Shown: one piece after another, positions 22,067 through 31,217 of the stretch
Layout: each line of letters begins with the position of its first letter
How positions within the stretch are numbered: the first letter of the stretch is position 1
Virus record (IMG/VR): IMGVR_UViG_3300023179_000059
Span: 25,759 to 89,758 of that record
Origin: a virus
Lineage: Duplodnaviria > Caudoviricetes
Strand: one strand, 5' to 3'
Length of the DNA stretch: 64,000 nucleotides
Translations under genes and position numbers: made by a program
Notes under the pieces: model-generated
Seen by the model: only the letters and a program-made list of their open reading frames with translations
Told to the model about the DNA's origin: nothing
Database searches by the model: none

Positions 22067-23198
22067 TTAGTTTTGTCCTTATTAAATTAGCAATATTTTG
22101 ATAGCTAAACTGTTCTGCCTTTACTAATCCGGCTGTTCTATCTATCTTGTTCTTTTGATTTAGTACATATCTCATAGCCTCTTTAGTCATACTTTCACTT
22201 GGGCAAAACCACTCTTCTCTTCCAGTAAATAGTTCTGGAAATGCTGGATCTGAATGATTACATATATTATAAACACCATCAATTAATATCCCATTTGAAA
22301 AACTGTCTATATATTGTGATGGACCACCCTCATTACTGCATATTGGAATTTTACCAAAACACATAGCATCAAAAGTAGGTATAGACCAAGCTTCACCGTG
22401 AGAAATCCCAACAAAGCAATCGCACGAATTATGTAATGCAAAAACCTGCTCTTCTGTAAAATTAGAAGTAATAATAATTTCTTTTGGATATTTATTTATA
22501 TCCTTATGAATTTTTAGCTCTTTTTTAATTGATTGACACATTGCTTGAATATGGTCATTTAGTTCTTTTTGTCCAACACCATGTTTTCTTAACTTTAATA
22601 CAAATATTACATTATCTTCTAATGTAAATTCAGAATAAAAACATCTTAGTATTGATGCTATATTTTTTCTATCACTTAATTCACCTATGTAATAAAATTT
22701 AAAAGCATTATTATATTCATTAAAATTAATAATTGGATATTTTGCTTTATATTTTTCTAAATTAAATGTGTGTGGTACACATTCTACATTATTTAATCCA
22801 TCTATATATAATATAGATTTATAACATTCGCTTGGAACCCAAACCTCGTCCATATTTTTTAATTGTTCAAACCAAGATAAATGTTTTATAGTATTTGTTT
22901 CACCAACAAAATATGAAACATTTTTTCTAAACTTAGATGTTGAAACTAAGTGGTGTGGTAAAACATGTTGTATACAATAATCTACATCTTGTAAATTTTT
23001 TTGTTCTAATTCTAATATTCTTTCTGGAATAACTGCGTCAATATTAGTTAATTTTACATTCCTACAAACAACATCTATTCCAATACTATCTAAAGCTAGG
23101 ATGTAATCCATAGCTGCTTGCGACCAACCAGAATTTTCTTTATAATGACCTATATATAGTATTTTCATTTTATTGTATTTATCCTTCTGTGTTCCCAA
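22059..23198 (-). CDS. GT4 glycosyltransferase
   Basis: DRKNI, HGEAWSIPTFDAMCFGKIPI. Confidence 0.8.
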   Translation of the reverse strand: MGTQKDKYNKMKILYIGHYKENSGWSQAAMDYILALDSIGIDVVCRNVKLTNIDAVIPERILELEQKNLQDVDYCIQHVLPHHLVSTSKFRKNVSYFVGETNTIKHLSWFEQLKNMDEVWVPSECYKSILYIDGLNNVECVPHTFNLEKYKAKYPIINFNEYNNAFKFYYIGELSDRKNIASILRCFYSEFTLEDNVIFVLKLRKHGVGQKELNDHIQAMCQSIKKELKIHKDINKYPKEIIITSNFTEEQVFALHNSCDCFVGISHGEAWSIPTFDAMCFGKIPICSNEGGPSQYIDSFSNGILIDGVYNICNHSDPAFPELFTGREEWFCPSESMTKEAMRYVLNQKNKIDRTAGLVKAEQFSYQNIANLIRTKLND

Positions 23199-24817
23199 TA
23201 ATTTCTTTTATTGCATAGATTAACCATATGATCATATGCTATATCAAAATTAAATGGATTTCTTGATGTTCTTTGATCAAACGCAGCAGAACTTTCATTA
23301 AAATACATTCCTCCAGTTACAGAGGTTGAACTTTGATACATTAAATCTCTAATAAGTCTTGCTTCCATAAATGAGTTTAATCTTTCTGGCTCGCACAATA
23401 CTTCTGCAATTAGCCATTTTGCTAATTCTTCGTGCTTAACATTTTCTGGTAAGTTTGGTTTTGATTTAGGTTGTTTAATTCTTGGCTGAGATTTCCAAGT
23501 TTGTTCTATTGGTAATATTTCTTGACTATCAAAATAATTTTCCCAAACTCTTCCACTTTTATACCACTGAAAATGTTCAAGGAACTTTTGCCTTGTATTA
23601 AATCCCATCATCTTTCTTATTTCTTGTGGCTTATCAAAAAATTCCTTGAATAATGAAGCTGCCAAGGAATTATCTGGAACCGCTCTAAAACATCCAGTTT
23701 CTAATTCTTTGTACAGTGCCTTTGGTTTAATTGGAATTCCATCAAGCTGTCTAAGTACACTTTCCATCGCAGAATAGTCTGTACCAGCAACGGGGACTCC
23801 GCAAGCCGCAGCTTCCACCTGTGGAAGACCAAATCCCTCACAGTTTGCATACTGTACATATAAATCAAATAAGTTAATTATTTTAGCTAGGTCTTCATAG
23901 CTTAATCCTTGACGAACATTAGATAATGTCGCACCATATTGACCGCTATATGGTGATTGAATTATAGCCCCTTTAAATAATGAAGGAAACGGCTTCCCAG
24001 TTTGTGAACATATATAAGTAAATAAAACGTGTGAAGATAATTGATATTGATGTAGAAGTTCTGGTATGTCCCATCCCAAATCTGGATAACTTGTATGGCA
24101 ATATAGTATATATTGATTTTTATTTTCTACCATATCCAGAAATTGTCTGAATGCATTAAATAGATCTGGATATAATTTTCTTCTTTGATTTCTCATAACA
24201 GTCCCAATTATTTTAATACTGGGATCTAATCCTAAAGAAGTTTTTAATAAAGTTTTATTTTCAATTGGTTGATATGCTGGGTGTGCGGATGGCGGTGAAC
24301 TACCTAAATAATTAATTTTTCCACCAGACTGTTCCATTAAAACTCTACCAGCCCAATCAGAATATGTCAAGCAAGCATCAGCAGATTGATATGTTGCTAT
24401 CCACTGTCTTGCTTGTGGATAAGCATCAACAGTTGGCATTATTACCCAGCGAAAATAATTTCTAAATGGAGATCTCTCAACGAAATCTAACATCCAGAAA
24501 TCTCGTATATCACAAACAAAATCTGGTTGATATTCTAAGCAAACTTCTTCAAATCTAAATTCACCAAATTGATTGGTTGGCATAGATGCATACATTTGCT
24601 TTTCTTGATCACTGTCATTTTGATTTGGCATTACGCCATAAAATTTCCAAGGTATATTTTTTGCTCTTGTATCATTTTTTTCGCCATAAGAGGCAAGTTC
24701 AGCCAACTCATATTTATTTGTGCTATGAAGATAATTTAATATCTCTCTTGTGTATGTGGCATATCCAGTATTTAAAAATGTAGCTTCACTACAAAATAAA
24801 ATTCTTTTTTTTCTCAT
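23165..24817 (-). CDS. GT4 glycosyltransferase with C-terminal extension
   Basis: TGYATY, RNQRRK, EGFGLPQVEAAACGVP. Confidence 0.85.
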   Translation of the reverse strand: MRKKRILFCSEATFLNTGYATYTREILNYLHSTNKYELAELASYGEKNDTRAKNIPWKFYGVMPNQNDSDQEKQMYASMPTNQFGEFRFEEVCLEYQPDFVCDIRDFWMLDFVERSPFRNYFRWVIMPTVDAYPQARQWIATYQSADACLTYSDWAGRVLMEQSGGKINYLGSSPPSAHPAYQPIENKTLLKTSLGLDPSIKIIGTVMRNQRRKLYPDLFNAFRQFLDMVENKNQYILYCHTSYPDLGWDIPELLHQYQLSSHVLFTYICSQTGKPFPSLFKGAIIQSPYSGQYGATLSNVRQGLSYEDLAKIINLFDLYVQYANCEGFGLPQVEAAACGVPVAGTDYSAMESVLRQLDGIPIKPKALYKELETGCFRAVPDNSLAASLFKEFFDKPQEIRKMMGFNTRQKFLEHFQWYKSGRVWENYFDSQEILPIEQTWKSQPRIKQPKSKPNLPENVKHEELAKWLIAEVLCEPERLNSFMEARLIRDLMYQSSTSVTGGMYFNESSAAFDQRTSRNPFNFDIAYDHMVNLCNKRNYWEHRRINTIK

Positions 24818-25128
24818 TATTCATAATCCTGTTGACAGAAATCAAACTCATTAACTCTAAAAATAACTGATTTATTATCCTTGGAGTAATTTTTAGCAGA
24901 AGCACTTACTGTTATTTTTGTTCCCTTTTGAGCAAACTTTTCTATTGTCTCTGCTCCAGTGTGCCAAGCTTCACATTGTATAAATGTTGGAATTCTCGTC
25001 TTTTCGCCAGTATTTTTTGATCGCCTATATGTATAGACGACGATTGTAAATTCTGCTAAAACTACATCGTCAACAACTGAAACATGAGGATTATCTGTTA
25101 GATATCCAGTAAAGCAACAAATATTCAT
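24817..25128 (-). CDS. ssb: SSB-like OB-fold protein
   Basis: MNICCFTGYLTDNP, FIQCEAW and KGTKITV match the SSB OB-fold; GGAG RBS. Confidence 0.7.
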   Translation of the reverse strand: MNICCFTGYLTDNPHVSVVDDVVLAEFTIVVYTYRRSKNTGEKTRIPTFIQCEAWHTGAETIEKFAQKGTKITVSASAKNYSKDNKSVIFRVNEFDFCQQDYE

Positions 25129-25178
25129 TTTATCTCCTATCTTAGTATATTAGGTGTTTCACTATTAAAAAAACAATA

Positions 25179-27539
25179 TTAAATTTCATGTATTGCGTCA
25201 ACAATAAAAGAATCATCTTTTCCAGAAACGCTACCACAAAAAATTAGATTATTTCCTTCATATAATACATATTTATACTTCTCTTTAACAGAAGGAAAAA
25301 CTATAACGCTATCTATAGAACATGTGTCATCTTCTAGTGTTAAAAATGACATCATTTTACCCTTTGATTCGCCCTTTGTTATCTTATAATCTGATAGTCT
25401 TTGTATGTTAGCCACAATACATATGTCTTTTCCACGTTTGCCATTAATAATTTCTTTACATGTTGTATTTGCAGCAGACGTATCAGAAACCTCAATTTTA
25501 GATAATGAAACTGGACATCCTAAAAACTTTGTTTCTTGATCTATTATCCAAGCTGGATCATCTTCTAGATCATATGGTGGATCTATTAATAATTGTATTT
25601 CATTTTGAATAATTTGTTTGCGTTCTACCTTACTTGTGCCACCGCCCTCTTTTTTGGTTGGTGCAAGAGCTTTTAAAGCATCAATTAAACTGGGCCACTT
25701 ATGATTATTATAGTTTTCAAATAACCAGTTCTTTTCACTATTGGTTAGATTTTTAAAGATATCATAGTCATAAAGTGCCTTATTTCTACTAATAATTTCT
25801 GAAAATCCCTTAATAAAACCTATTGATGCCAATGTTTTAAATGCAGAGGAATTTACTTTTGGAGATAAAAATAATAAGATTTCTAGCCAAGTAAATGACG
25901 TAATTTTTTTATTTAATTCCTTTTCTACTTCTTGTATGGATTCTATTAACTTGTCTCCAGTATTGCCAGTTAATGATTTTATATCTTTTATACCAAAGAA
26001 TATGGTGTTACCCTTTATATTAAACTTGATATTATAATTAGATAAATTTGGCGCTTTTACCTCTATATCAAAAAGCTTTGCTTCAGAAATTAATTCATAT
26101 ATTTCTCTATGTGGATCTTGCTTTTCTGTAGCATGATATAAATATGACAAAAAGAATTCTTTAGGATAATGTGCTTTATGATATGCACTTAGATAAGAAC
26201 ATACAGCATAACTAACGCCGTGAGACTTATTAAAAGAATATCTTGAAGACTTTTCAATCCATTCGAAGATTTGTTCTGCCTCTTCCTTTGTTACTAATCC
26301 AATACGTATAGAACCCTCAATGAATGCCTTTTTAACTTCATTCATAAGGTCGGCTTTCTTTTTTCCAATGGCTTTACGCAACGTATCTGCTTCTTGTAGA
26401 TTAAATCCAGCAATTTTTTGTGCTATACGCATACTCTGTTCTTGATAAATTAAAACTCCATAAGTTGGTTTTAATATATCTTCTAATGCTGTATGAAAAT
26501 ATGTTACATCTTCTTTACCATGTTTCCTATCTACATAATGTTGAGTCATAGATTTACCATCTGCATAAGCTTTTAAGCAATTATGAACAATAAAATTTCC
26601 TGCTATAAAATTATGATTAGGAGAAAGCATTGATATGTCATAAGTATCTTTTACTCCTACGGATTCTTTTCCAAGATAGGTTACCCATTCAATGTCATTA
26701 GATTCTGGTAATATATATTTATTTCTATGTAACATAATTTCTTCTCTTGATAATTTATTATTATTATGTAGCCTATGGCAATTTGGACATAAATACACTA
26801 GATTACTAAAATGATTGCTTGTGTGTCTATTACCATCAATATGATGAACATCTAAAGTTGTTTCTTTCCATTCACACACAACACATTGCTCTTCATAATG
26901 TTTATAACATATTTCTGAAAAATATCTTGTTCCAGAAATATTTTTCATTCTTGGGCCATCTTTTGTGTGTCTATTTGAAATGGTATTTTGCCTAATGTCT
27001 CTGTTATTTTGTTTTTTGAAACAAGCTATTCTATCGCCACATTGTAAATCTTTTAATTCTACCCATCCTTTATTTGTAAGTAATTTGTGATCAGAAGTAC
27101 ATTCTAAATCATACCAACTTGGATGAAGTTTGTGCGAAATATTCTGAGATGACATTGAATATTTTCTTATTTTTACCTTAAAACATTCTTTTTGTCCACT
27201 ATAAAAAATATGTAATATTTGGTTTTTTACTACGGTCATATCAGATTCATTTAGTGAAAATATTTCTGTTGGTTTATTTTTAGAATTATATATGTCTCTT
27301 ATTTTTTGTCTTATAAATCTATTTTTACCATCTTTGTGAATATATTTCGATATGGTTATAAGAGTATCTCCAGAAATACATCCCGGCCTAATAATACTTA
27401 TTAATGCACATAACTCTTCAATATTTTTAGGTTGTAACTTTTTTGCCCATGATTTACCAAGATTACTTTCTAGTTGAAAAATGCCCTTGGTTTTTCCATC
27501 GGCAAACAGTTGCCAAGTTTTTTTATCGTTATATTCCAT
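25179..27539 (-). CDS. dnaE: DNA polymerase III alpha, C-terminal half (fingers/HhH/OB), with intein
   Basis: GIFQLES, IRPG, TYGVLIYQEQ, LRKAIGKKK, YSFNKSH, FGIKDIK and a C-terminal OB fold. Confidence 0.9.
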   Translation of the reverse strand: MEYNDKKTWQLFADGKTKGIFQLESNLGKSWAKKLQPKNIEELCALISIIRPGCISGDTLITISKYIHKDGKNRFIRQKIRDIYNSKNKPTEIFSLNESDMTVVKNQILHIFYSGQKECFKVKIRKYSMSSQNISHKLHPSWYDLECTSDHKLLTNKGWVELKDLQCGDRIACFKKQNNRDIRQNTISNRHTKDGPRMKNISGTRYFSEICYKHYEEQCVVCEWKETTLDVHHIDGNRHTSNHFSNLVYLCPNCHRLHNNNKLSREEIMLHRNKYILPESNDIEWVTYLGKESVGVKDTYDISMLSPNHNFIAGNFIVHNCLKAYADGKSMTQHYVDRKHGKEDVTYFHTALEDILKPTYGVLIYQEQSMRIAQKIAGFNLQEADTLRKAIGKKKADLMNEVKKAFIEGSIRIGLVTKEEAEQIFEWIEKSSRYSFNKSHGVSYAVCSYLSAYHKAHYPKEFFLSYLYHATEKQDPHREIYELISEAKLFDIEVKAPNLSNYNIKFNIKGNTIFFGIKDIKSLTGNTGDKLIESIQEVEKELNKKITSFTWLEILLFLSPKVNSSAFKTLASIGFIKGFSEIISRNKALYDYDIFKNLTNSEKNWLFENYNNHKWPSLIDALKALAPTKKEGGGTSKVERKQIIQNEIQLLIDPPYDLEDDPAWIIDQETKFLGCPVSLSKIEVSDTSAANTTCKEIINGKRGKDICIVANIQRLSDYKITKGESKGKMMSFLTLEDDTCSIDSVIVFPSVKEKYKYVLYEGNNLIFCGSVSGKDDSFIVDAIHEI
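26580..27380 (-). mobile_element. Intein (267 aa) with HNH endonuclease in DnaE-C
   Basis: RPG|CISGD start, CTSDHK block B, TYDI..HNFIAGNFIVHN|C end; internal CVVC..DVHHIDGN..N..N..LCPNCH. Confidence 0.9.
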
Positions 27540-27993
27540 CGTTATTTTTCTTATAAGATTGAGCTTTTTTGCTATTAAACCCGTTTGTTACCCATTGTAA
27601 GTTATTTACTCTAAAATCTGATTTATCATCATTTATATGATCTACCTCTAACTTTTTATTTGTATCATCATTTTCTATAAATGCTAAAGCAACCAATCTA
27701 TGCATCGCAATAACAATACCACCGATTCCAATACAAGGATATTGATTTCTTGTAGTATTTACGGTTAGCTTATTGTTTTTAGGACCAATTACATATGGAA
27801 AACCACCAACATTTTTATGCAGAAAATATTTACCTTGTTCAATAGAATTTAATTTACTTATCATTATATTTGATTTTCTATGCATTTCTTTTTCGCCAAT
27901 AAATTTAACATTGATTTTGCTTACATCTATAAAGTCTAAATCTAAAATTTTTGGTTCGTCATTTTCGAATAATTGTAATTGTTTATTTGACAT
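27529..27993 (-). mobile_element. Free-standing HNH homing endonuclease
   Basis: MHRLVALAFI..EVDHINDDKSDFRVNNLQWVT; AAGGA RBS before ATG 27993. Confidence 0.8.
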
Positions 27994-28678
27994 ATAATTC
28001 CTTATTTGCGAAGGCTTTTTCAAAATTCATGTTTTGGTAAACGGCTCTATGTGTTTTCATTAGCTTTATAAAAATATTAGCTTCATCTTTAACGTCTTGC
28101 AATGCATCGTGTGCATTTTCTTTTGACAATCCCATTATATCTCTTAATGAATCCATGCTTATAGACTTGATTGATGGATCACCTTCTGTCCATGCAAAAA
28201 TATTATCCATAATATCAAATTTATAAACACGACTAAATAGTTTTTGTTTTTCTCTATCTTTATCCCAAGGACCATATTCTCTACATAAACGATCAATGAT
28301 TATCATATCAAATCCAAGAATATTAAATCCAACAGGTATTGGTGCATAAAATGGATCATTTTTCCAATTATATTGCCCAACAAATTTAATAAACTTATTC
28401 CAAACTACTTTTAATGTTGGGGCATTTTCTAGCTGTTCTCTAGTTTTATGTGTTATCTTTAGTGCTTCATCTTCTATTGGGTCTAACCCAAGACTGATTG
28501 CTTTTTCATCATCAAGCACAGGCTTAATTTCACTATTAAATTGTCCCTTGAGCTTAAGATTTCTACCATCTAATGCTAGTGCGGCAATTTGAGTTGGCTG
28601 TGTTTTATTTGGATTACGAGATCCCGTCTCCCAATCAAATATTATATAATCACGATTTGCCATAAATATGTTCTCCAT
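27983..28678 (-). CDS. dnaQ: DEDDh 3'-5' exonuclease (DnaQ/epsilon-like)
   Basis: FDWETG (ExoI), GFNILGFD (ExoII), HDALQD (ExoIII). Confidence 0.85.
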   Translation of the reverse strand: MENIFMANRDYIIFDWETGSRNPNKTQPTQIAALALDGRNLKLKGQFNSEIKPVLDDEKAISLGLDPIEDEALKITHKTREQLENAPTLKVVWNKFIKFVGQYNWKNDPFYAPIPVGFNILGFDMIIIDRLCREYGPWDKDREKQKLFSRVYKFDIMDNIFAWTEGDPSIKSISMDSLRDIMGLSKENAHDALQDVKDEANIFIKLMKTHRAVYQNMNFEKAFANKELYVK

Positions 28679-28733
28679 GTGAAGTAGAGCTATATAGTGT
28701 CTTAAAAATTGTTTGATCTTTATGATTTTAAAA

Positions 28734-30362
28734 CTAGATTAAGTCTTTTGTGTGCATTATTTTATCTAATAATGATAAGCCTAGAATATCAAATTTTACA
28801 TGACCCAAGGCTTCCAAGTCTGACATTTCTAATCCAGCAATTTTTTCATTAGATCCCTTTTCTTTAACCATTGGACATGCTTTATATAATGGTTCTGCTG
28901 AAATTACAACTCCAGCCGCATGTTTTCCTTGTGTTTTAAAAGTACCTTCTATTGCTATTGCTTGTTTAAAGTATTCTGCATATTCACCATCTAATTTACC
29001 ATCATCATTAATATAACAAAAGTCTCTTAATTCTTTGGAGTTATTTATTAATGCCCAACGAATAATTGATCTTTCGTCATCATCCATATCCGCAAGTTGA
29101 TCTGATATTTCTGCCTCATTTGGAATATATTTTGTAATCGTATTCATTTCTGCAAATGAACATGCTTCGTACACTCTCAATACTTCTTTAATAGCACTTC
29201 TACCCTGCAATCTACCAAACGTTAACATTTGACTCACATGATCATTGCCATATTTTGTTTTTAGATATTCAATGACATTATCTCTTTTCTTACTTGGAAC
29301 GTCCATATCTATATCTGGTAGTGATATATGATCTTTAGAATTTCTTCCGTCGTTATAAAATCTACTAAATAATAGATCATATTCTAATGGGTCTATTTGT
29401 GTAATACCAAGAAGATAAGATATTAAACATCCAGCGGCACTGCCTCTGCCGGGACCAGATAACCACCCTTGATTATTAACATATCTAATAATATCTTGAA
29501 CTATTAGAAAATATCCGAACAAGTTTGCTCTATTAATTACGCCAAGTTCTTCGTTAAATCTGTCTCCATACAATTTTTTCGAATCTGGAGAATTAACTTT
29601 ATTTGTAGCTATTAATAATCTTCTCCATCCATCACGACATAATTCTTTTAAGTATTCTTCTTCCGATATACCATTTGGACAATCAAATCTTGGAAGCATT
29701 GGTTGATTTAATATATTATATTCTTCGCACTTACTTAGTATTTCTTCCAAGTCTTTTGCCTGTTCTTTTGAATACTTTACATTTTCTAAATCTTTAGAAG
29801 ACCATAAATATTTATTGTCTTTTATGAAAAAGTCTTTTATGTCTTCTGGTAATTCTTCTTTTCTAATTTGCTTTTGTACCTTTGGTAATGTCGTTTTCAT
29901 GTTTGAACAAAGTAATATTCTATGCAATTCTACATCCGATTGATCTATGTAATAACTTTTTGGAGTTAATATAGAATATGCATAAGAGTCCTCACCAAGT
30001 GCGGTATACTTTTTATCAGATAGGCAAATGAGATTTTGTTTTGCAAATATTTCTTTACACAATTCAGACGGAAGATTTCCATCTTCATCTAATGATGAAA
30101 CTAATTCTATTAAATCTAGCCAGCCATTTTTATTCTTTGCAAATAAAATATAATTATCAAATGAACATCCAATTATTGGCTTAATGCCAGCGTCTTTACA
30201 AGCCTTGAAAAAAGATATTGCACCAGAAATAGTCTTATAATCAGCTATTCCACATGCTGAATATCCATTTTCTTTACACTTTTTTGCAAGTTCTTTTGGT
30301 TTAGAAAAACCACGCAAAAGACTATAATGAGTATAATTTATCAAAGGCGACCAATTCAACAT
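28734..30362 (-). CDS. dnaE: DNA polymerase III alpha, N-terminal half (degenerate PHP + palm/thumb)
   Basis: GPGRGSAAG, LLFSRF, LPDIDMD, GKHAAGVVI and KFDILGL. Start at 30362 (AAGGA RBS), not 30467. Confidence 0.9.
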   Translation of the reverse strand: MLNWSPLINYTHYSLLRGFSKPKELAKKCKENGYSACGIADYKTISGAISFFKACKDAGIKPIIGCSFDNYILFAKNKNGWLDLIELVSSLDEDGNLPSELCKEIFAKQNLICLSDKKYTALGEDSYAYSILTPKSYYIDQSDVELHRILLCSNMKTTLPKVQKQIRKEELPEDIKDFFIKDNKYLWSSKDLENVKYSKEQAKDLEEILSKCEEYNILNQPMLPRFDCPNGISEEEYLKELCRDGWRRLLIATNKVNSPDSKKLYGDRFNEELGVINRANLFGYFLIVQDIIRYVNNQGWLSGPGRGSAAGCLISYLLGITQIDPLEYDLLFSRFYNDGRNSKDHISLPDIDMDVPSKKRDNVIEYLKTKYGNDHVSQMLTFGRLQGRSAIKEVLRVYEACSFAEMNTITKYIPNEAEISDQLADMDDDERSIIRWALINNSKELRDFCYINDDGKLDGEYAEYFKQAIAIEGTFKTQGKHAAGVVISAEPLYKACPMVKEKGSNEKIAGLEMSDLEALGHVKFDILGLSLLDKIMHTKDLI

Positions 30363-30395
30363 ATTCAATTCCTTAATAGTGTAATGCAACACTAT

Positions 30396-30424
30396 ATTAT
30401 AGCAACGTAGAACCAAAAATGCAA
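30396..30424 (-). promoter_or_regulatory. Sigma70-type promoter of dnaE-N: TTGCAT-N17-TATAAT with TG extension
   Basis: Minus strand ttgcat ttttggttctacgttgc tataat. Confidence 0.7.
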
Positions 30425-30434
30425 GATGGACACG

Positions 30435-30458
30435 CTGCGGAAATATTTCATTCCGCAG
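30435..30458 (-). terminator. Hairpin CTGCGGAA-N8-TTCCGCAG (possible terminator or processing site)
   Basis: Perfect 8-bp inverted repeat in an intergenic gap; no clear U-tract. Confidence 0.4.
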
Positions 30459-30473
30459 AGTGACCAATATAAA

Positions 30474-30775
30474 TTAACTCTTTATATCAAGTTTATCTTT
30501 TGTTGCTTTTGGCAAAGCTGCAACAAATTCTGGACCTTTTCTTTTAGCCATTTTATATAACTTATTTAAAAACTCATCATAACTCGTCTTGCCTTTCATT
30601 CTTCCAAAATTGCTTATAGCATCTGGAATATCTTGTGGTGTAACTATGGAAATGATCTATCTTCTGGAAAAAGAAAGTCACTATCTTTTAGCTCACTACG
30701 TTTCTTTCCTTTATATGTTTTTTGATATGCATGTATATTATCTAGTTCTTCGCTTAAATTAAAATTTTCTAACAT
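30474..30775 (-). pseudogene. Frameshifted ~100 aa gene (DUF6582-like), missed by the ORF track
   Basis: MLENF..KRSELKDSDFLFPEDRSFP* continues in the -1 frame as IVTPQDIPDAISNFGRM..KLDIKS*; GGAG RBS. Confidence 0.65.
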
Positions 30776-30783
30776 TATTACTC

Positions 30784-31206
30784 CTATTTTATTGGACCAC
30801 CAGTTATCCAAGCGTCACATGTTCTTTCGCCAGCACATTTAAAATCGAATAATTCACAATATCCTAAATTAGATGTGTCTACTATTTCTTTGGCTATGTC
30901 TTCTTCTTGTATAGATATTGATGCTATTCCTTTTTCTATACATTGTTTCATCTTTTCTTTCACAATAAAAGCCGCACAATTACCACATCTCATAGTTTTT
31001 ATTTCTTCTATTGATGTTTTAAATAAGTCAGCTTTTTTTTGCCAAAAGTCATCGTTATCTAATTCTGGATTAGCTGGTCCATAATTAGCTTGTTCTACGC
31101 ATTTTTTTCTATTAGCTAAATTTAATACAATATCCTGCGTTGCTGGAGGACATTCTATATAATTTTGAATAGATTCTATTATTTCTTCTGCTCTAAACTT
31201 ATTCAT
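30784..31206 (-). CDS. Cys-rich conserved phage protein
   Basis: CPPAT, CGNC, GYC..FKC..TC pattern; AGGAG RBS. Confidence 0.6.
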   Translation of the reverse strand: MNKFRAEEIIESIQNYIECPPATQDIVLNLANRKKCVEQANYGPANPELDNDDFWQKKADLFKTSIEEIKTMRCGNCAAFIVKEKMKQCIEKGIASISIQEEDIAKEIVDTSNLGYCELFDFKCAGERTCDAWITGGPIK

Positions 31207-31217
31207 ATTTTTTCTCC

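Noticed and set aside
27539-28734. Split intein or group I intron joining the DnaE halves
   Set aside because: No Cys-initiated intein N-block at the end of the N-half and no HN-C at the start of the C-half. The gap holds a full DnaQ gene, not an intron-like RNA.
30363-30467. ORF-track extension of DnaE-N
   Set aside because: The extension spans the gene's own promoter; the RBS supports ATG 30362.
30644-30646. Stop-codon reassignment (TAG readthrough / alternative code)
   Set aside because: Readthrough would not restore the frame, and long genes are intact in code 11 using TAA, TAG and TGA stops.
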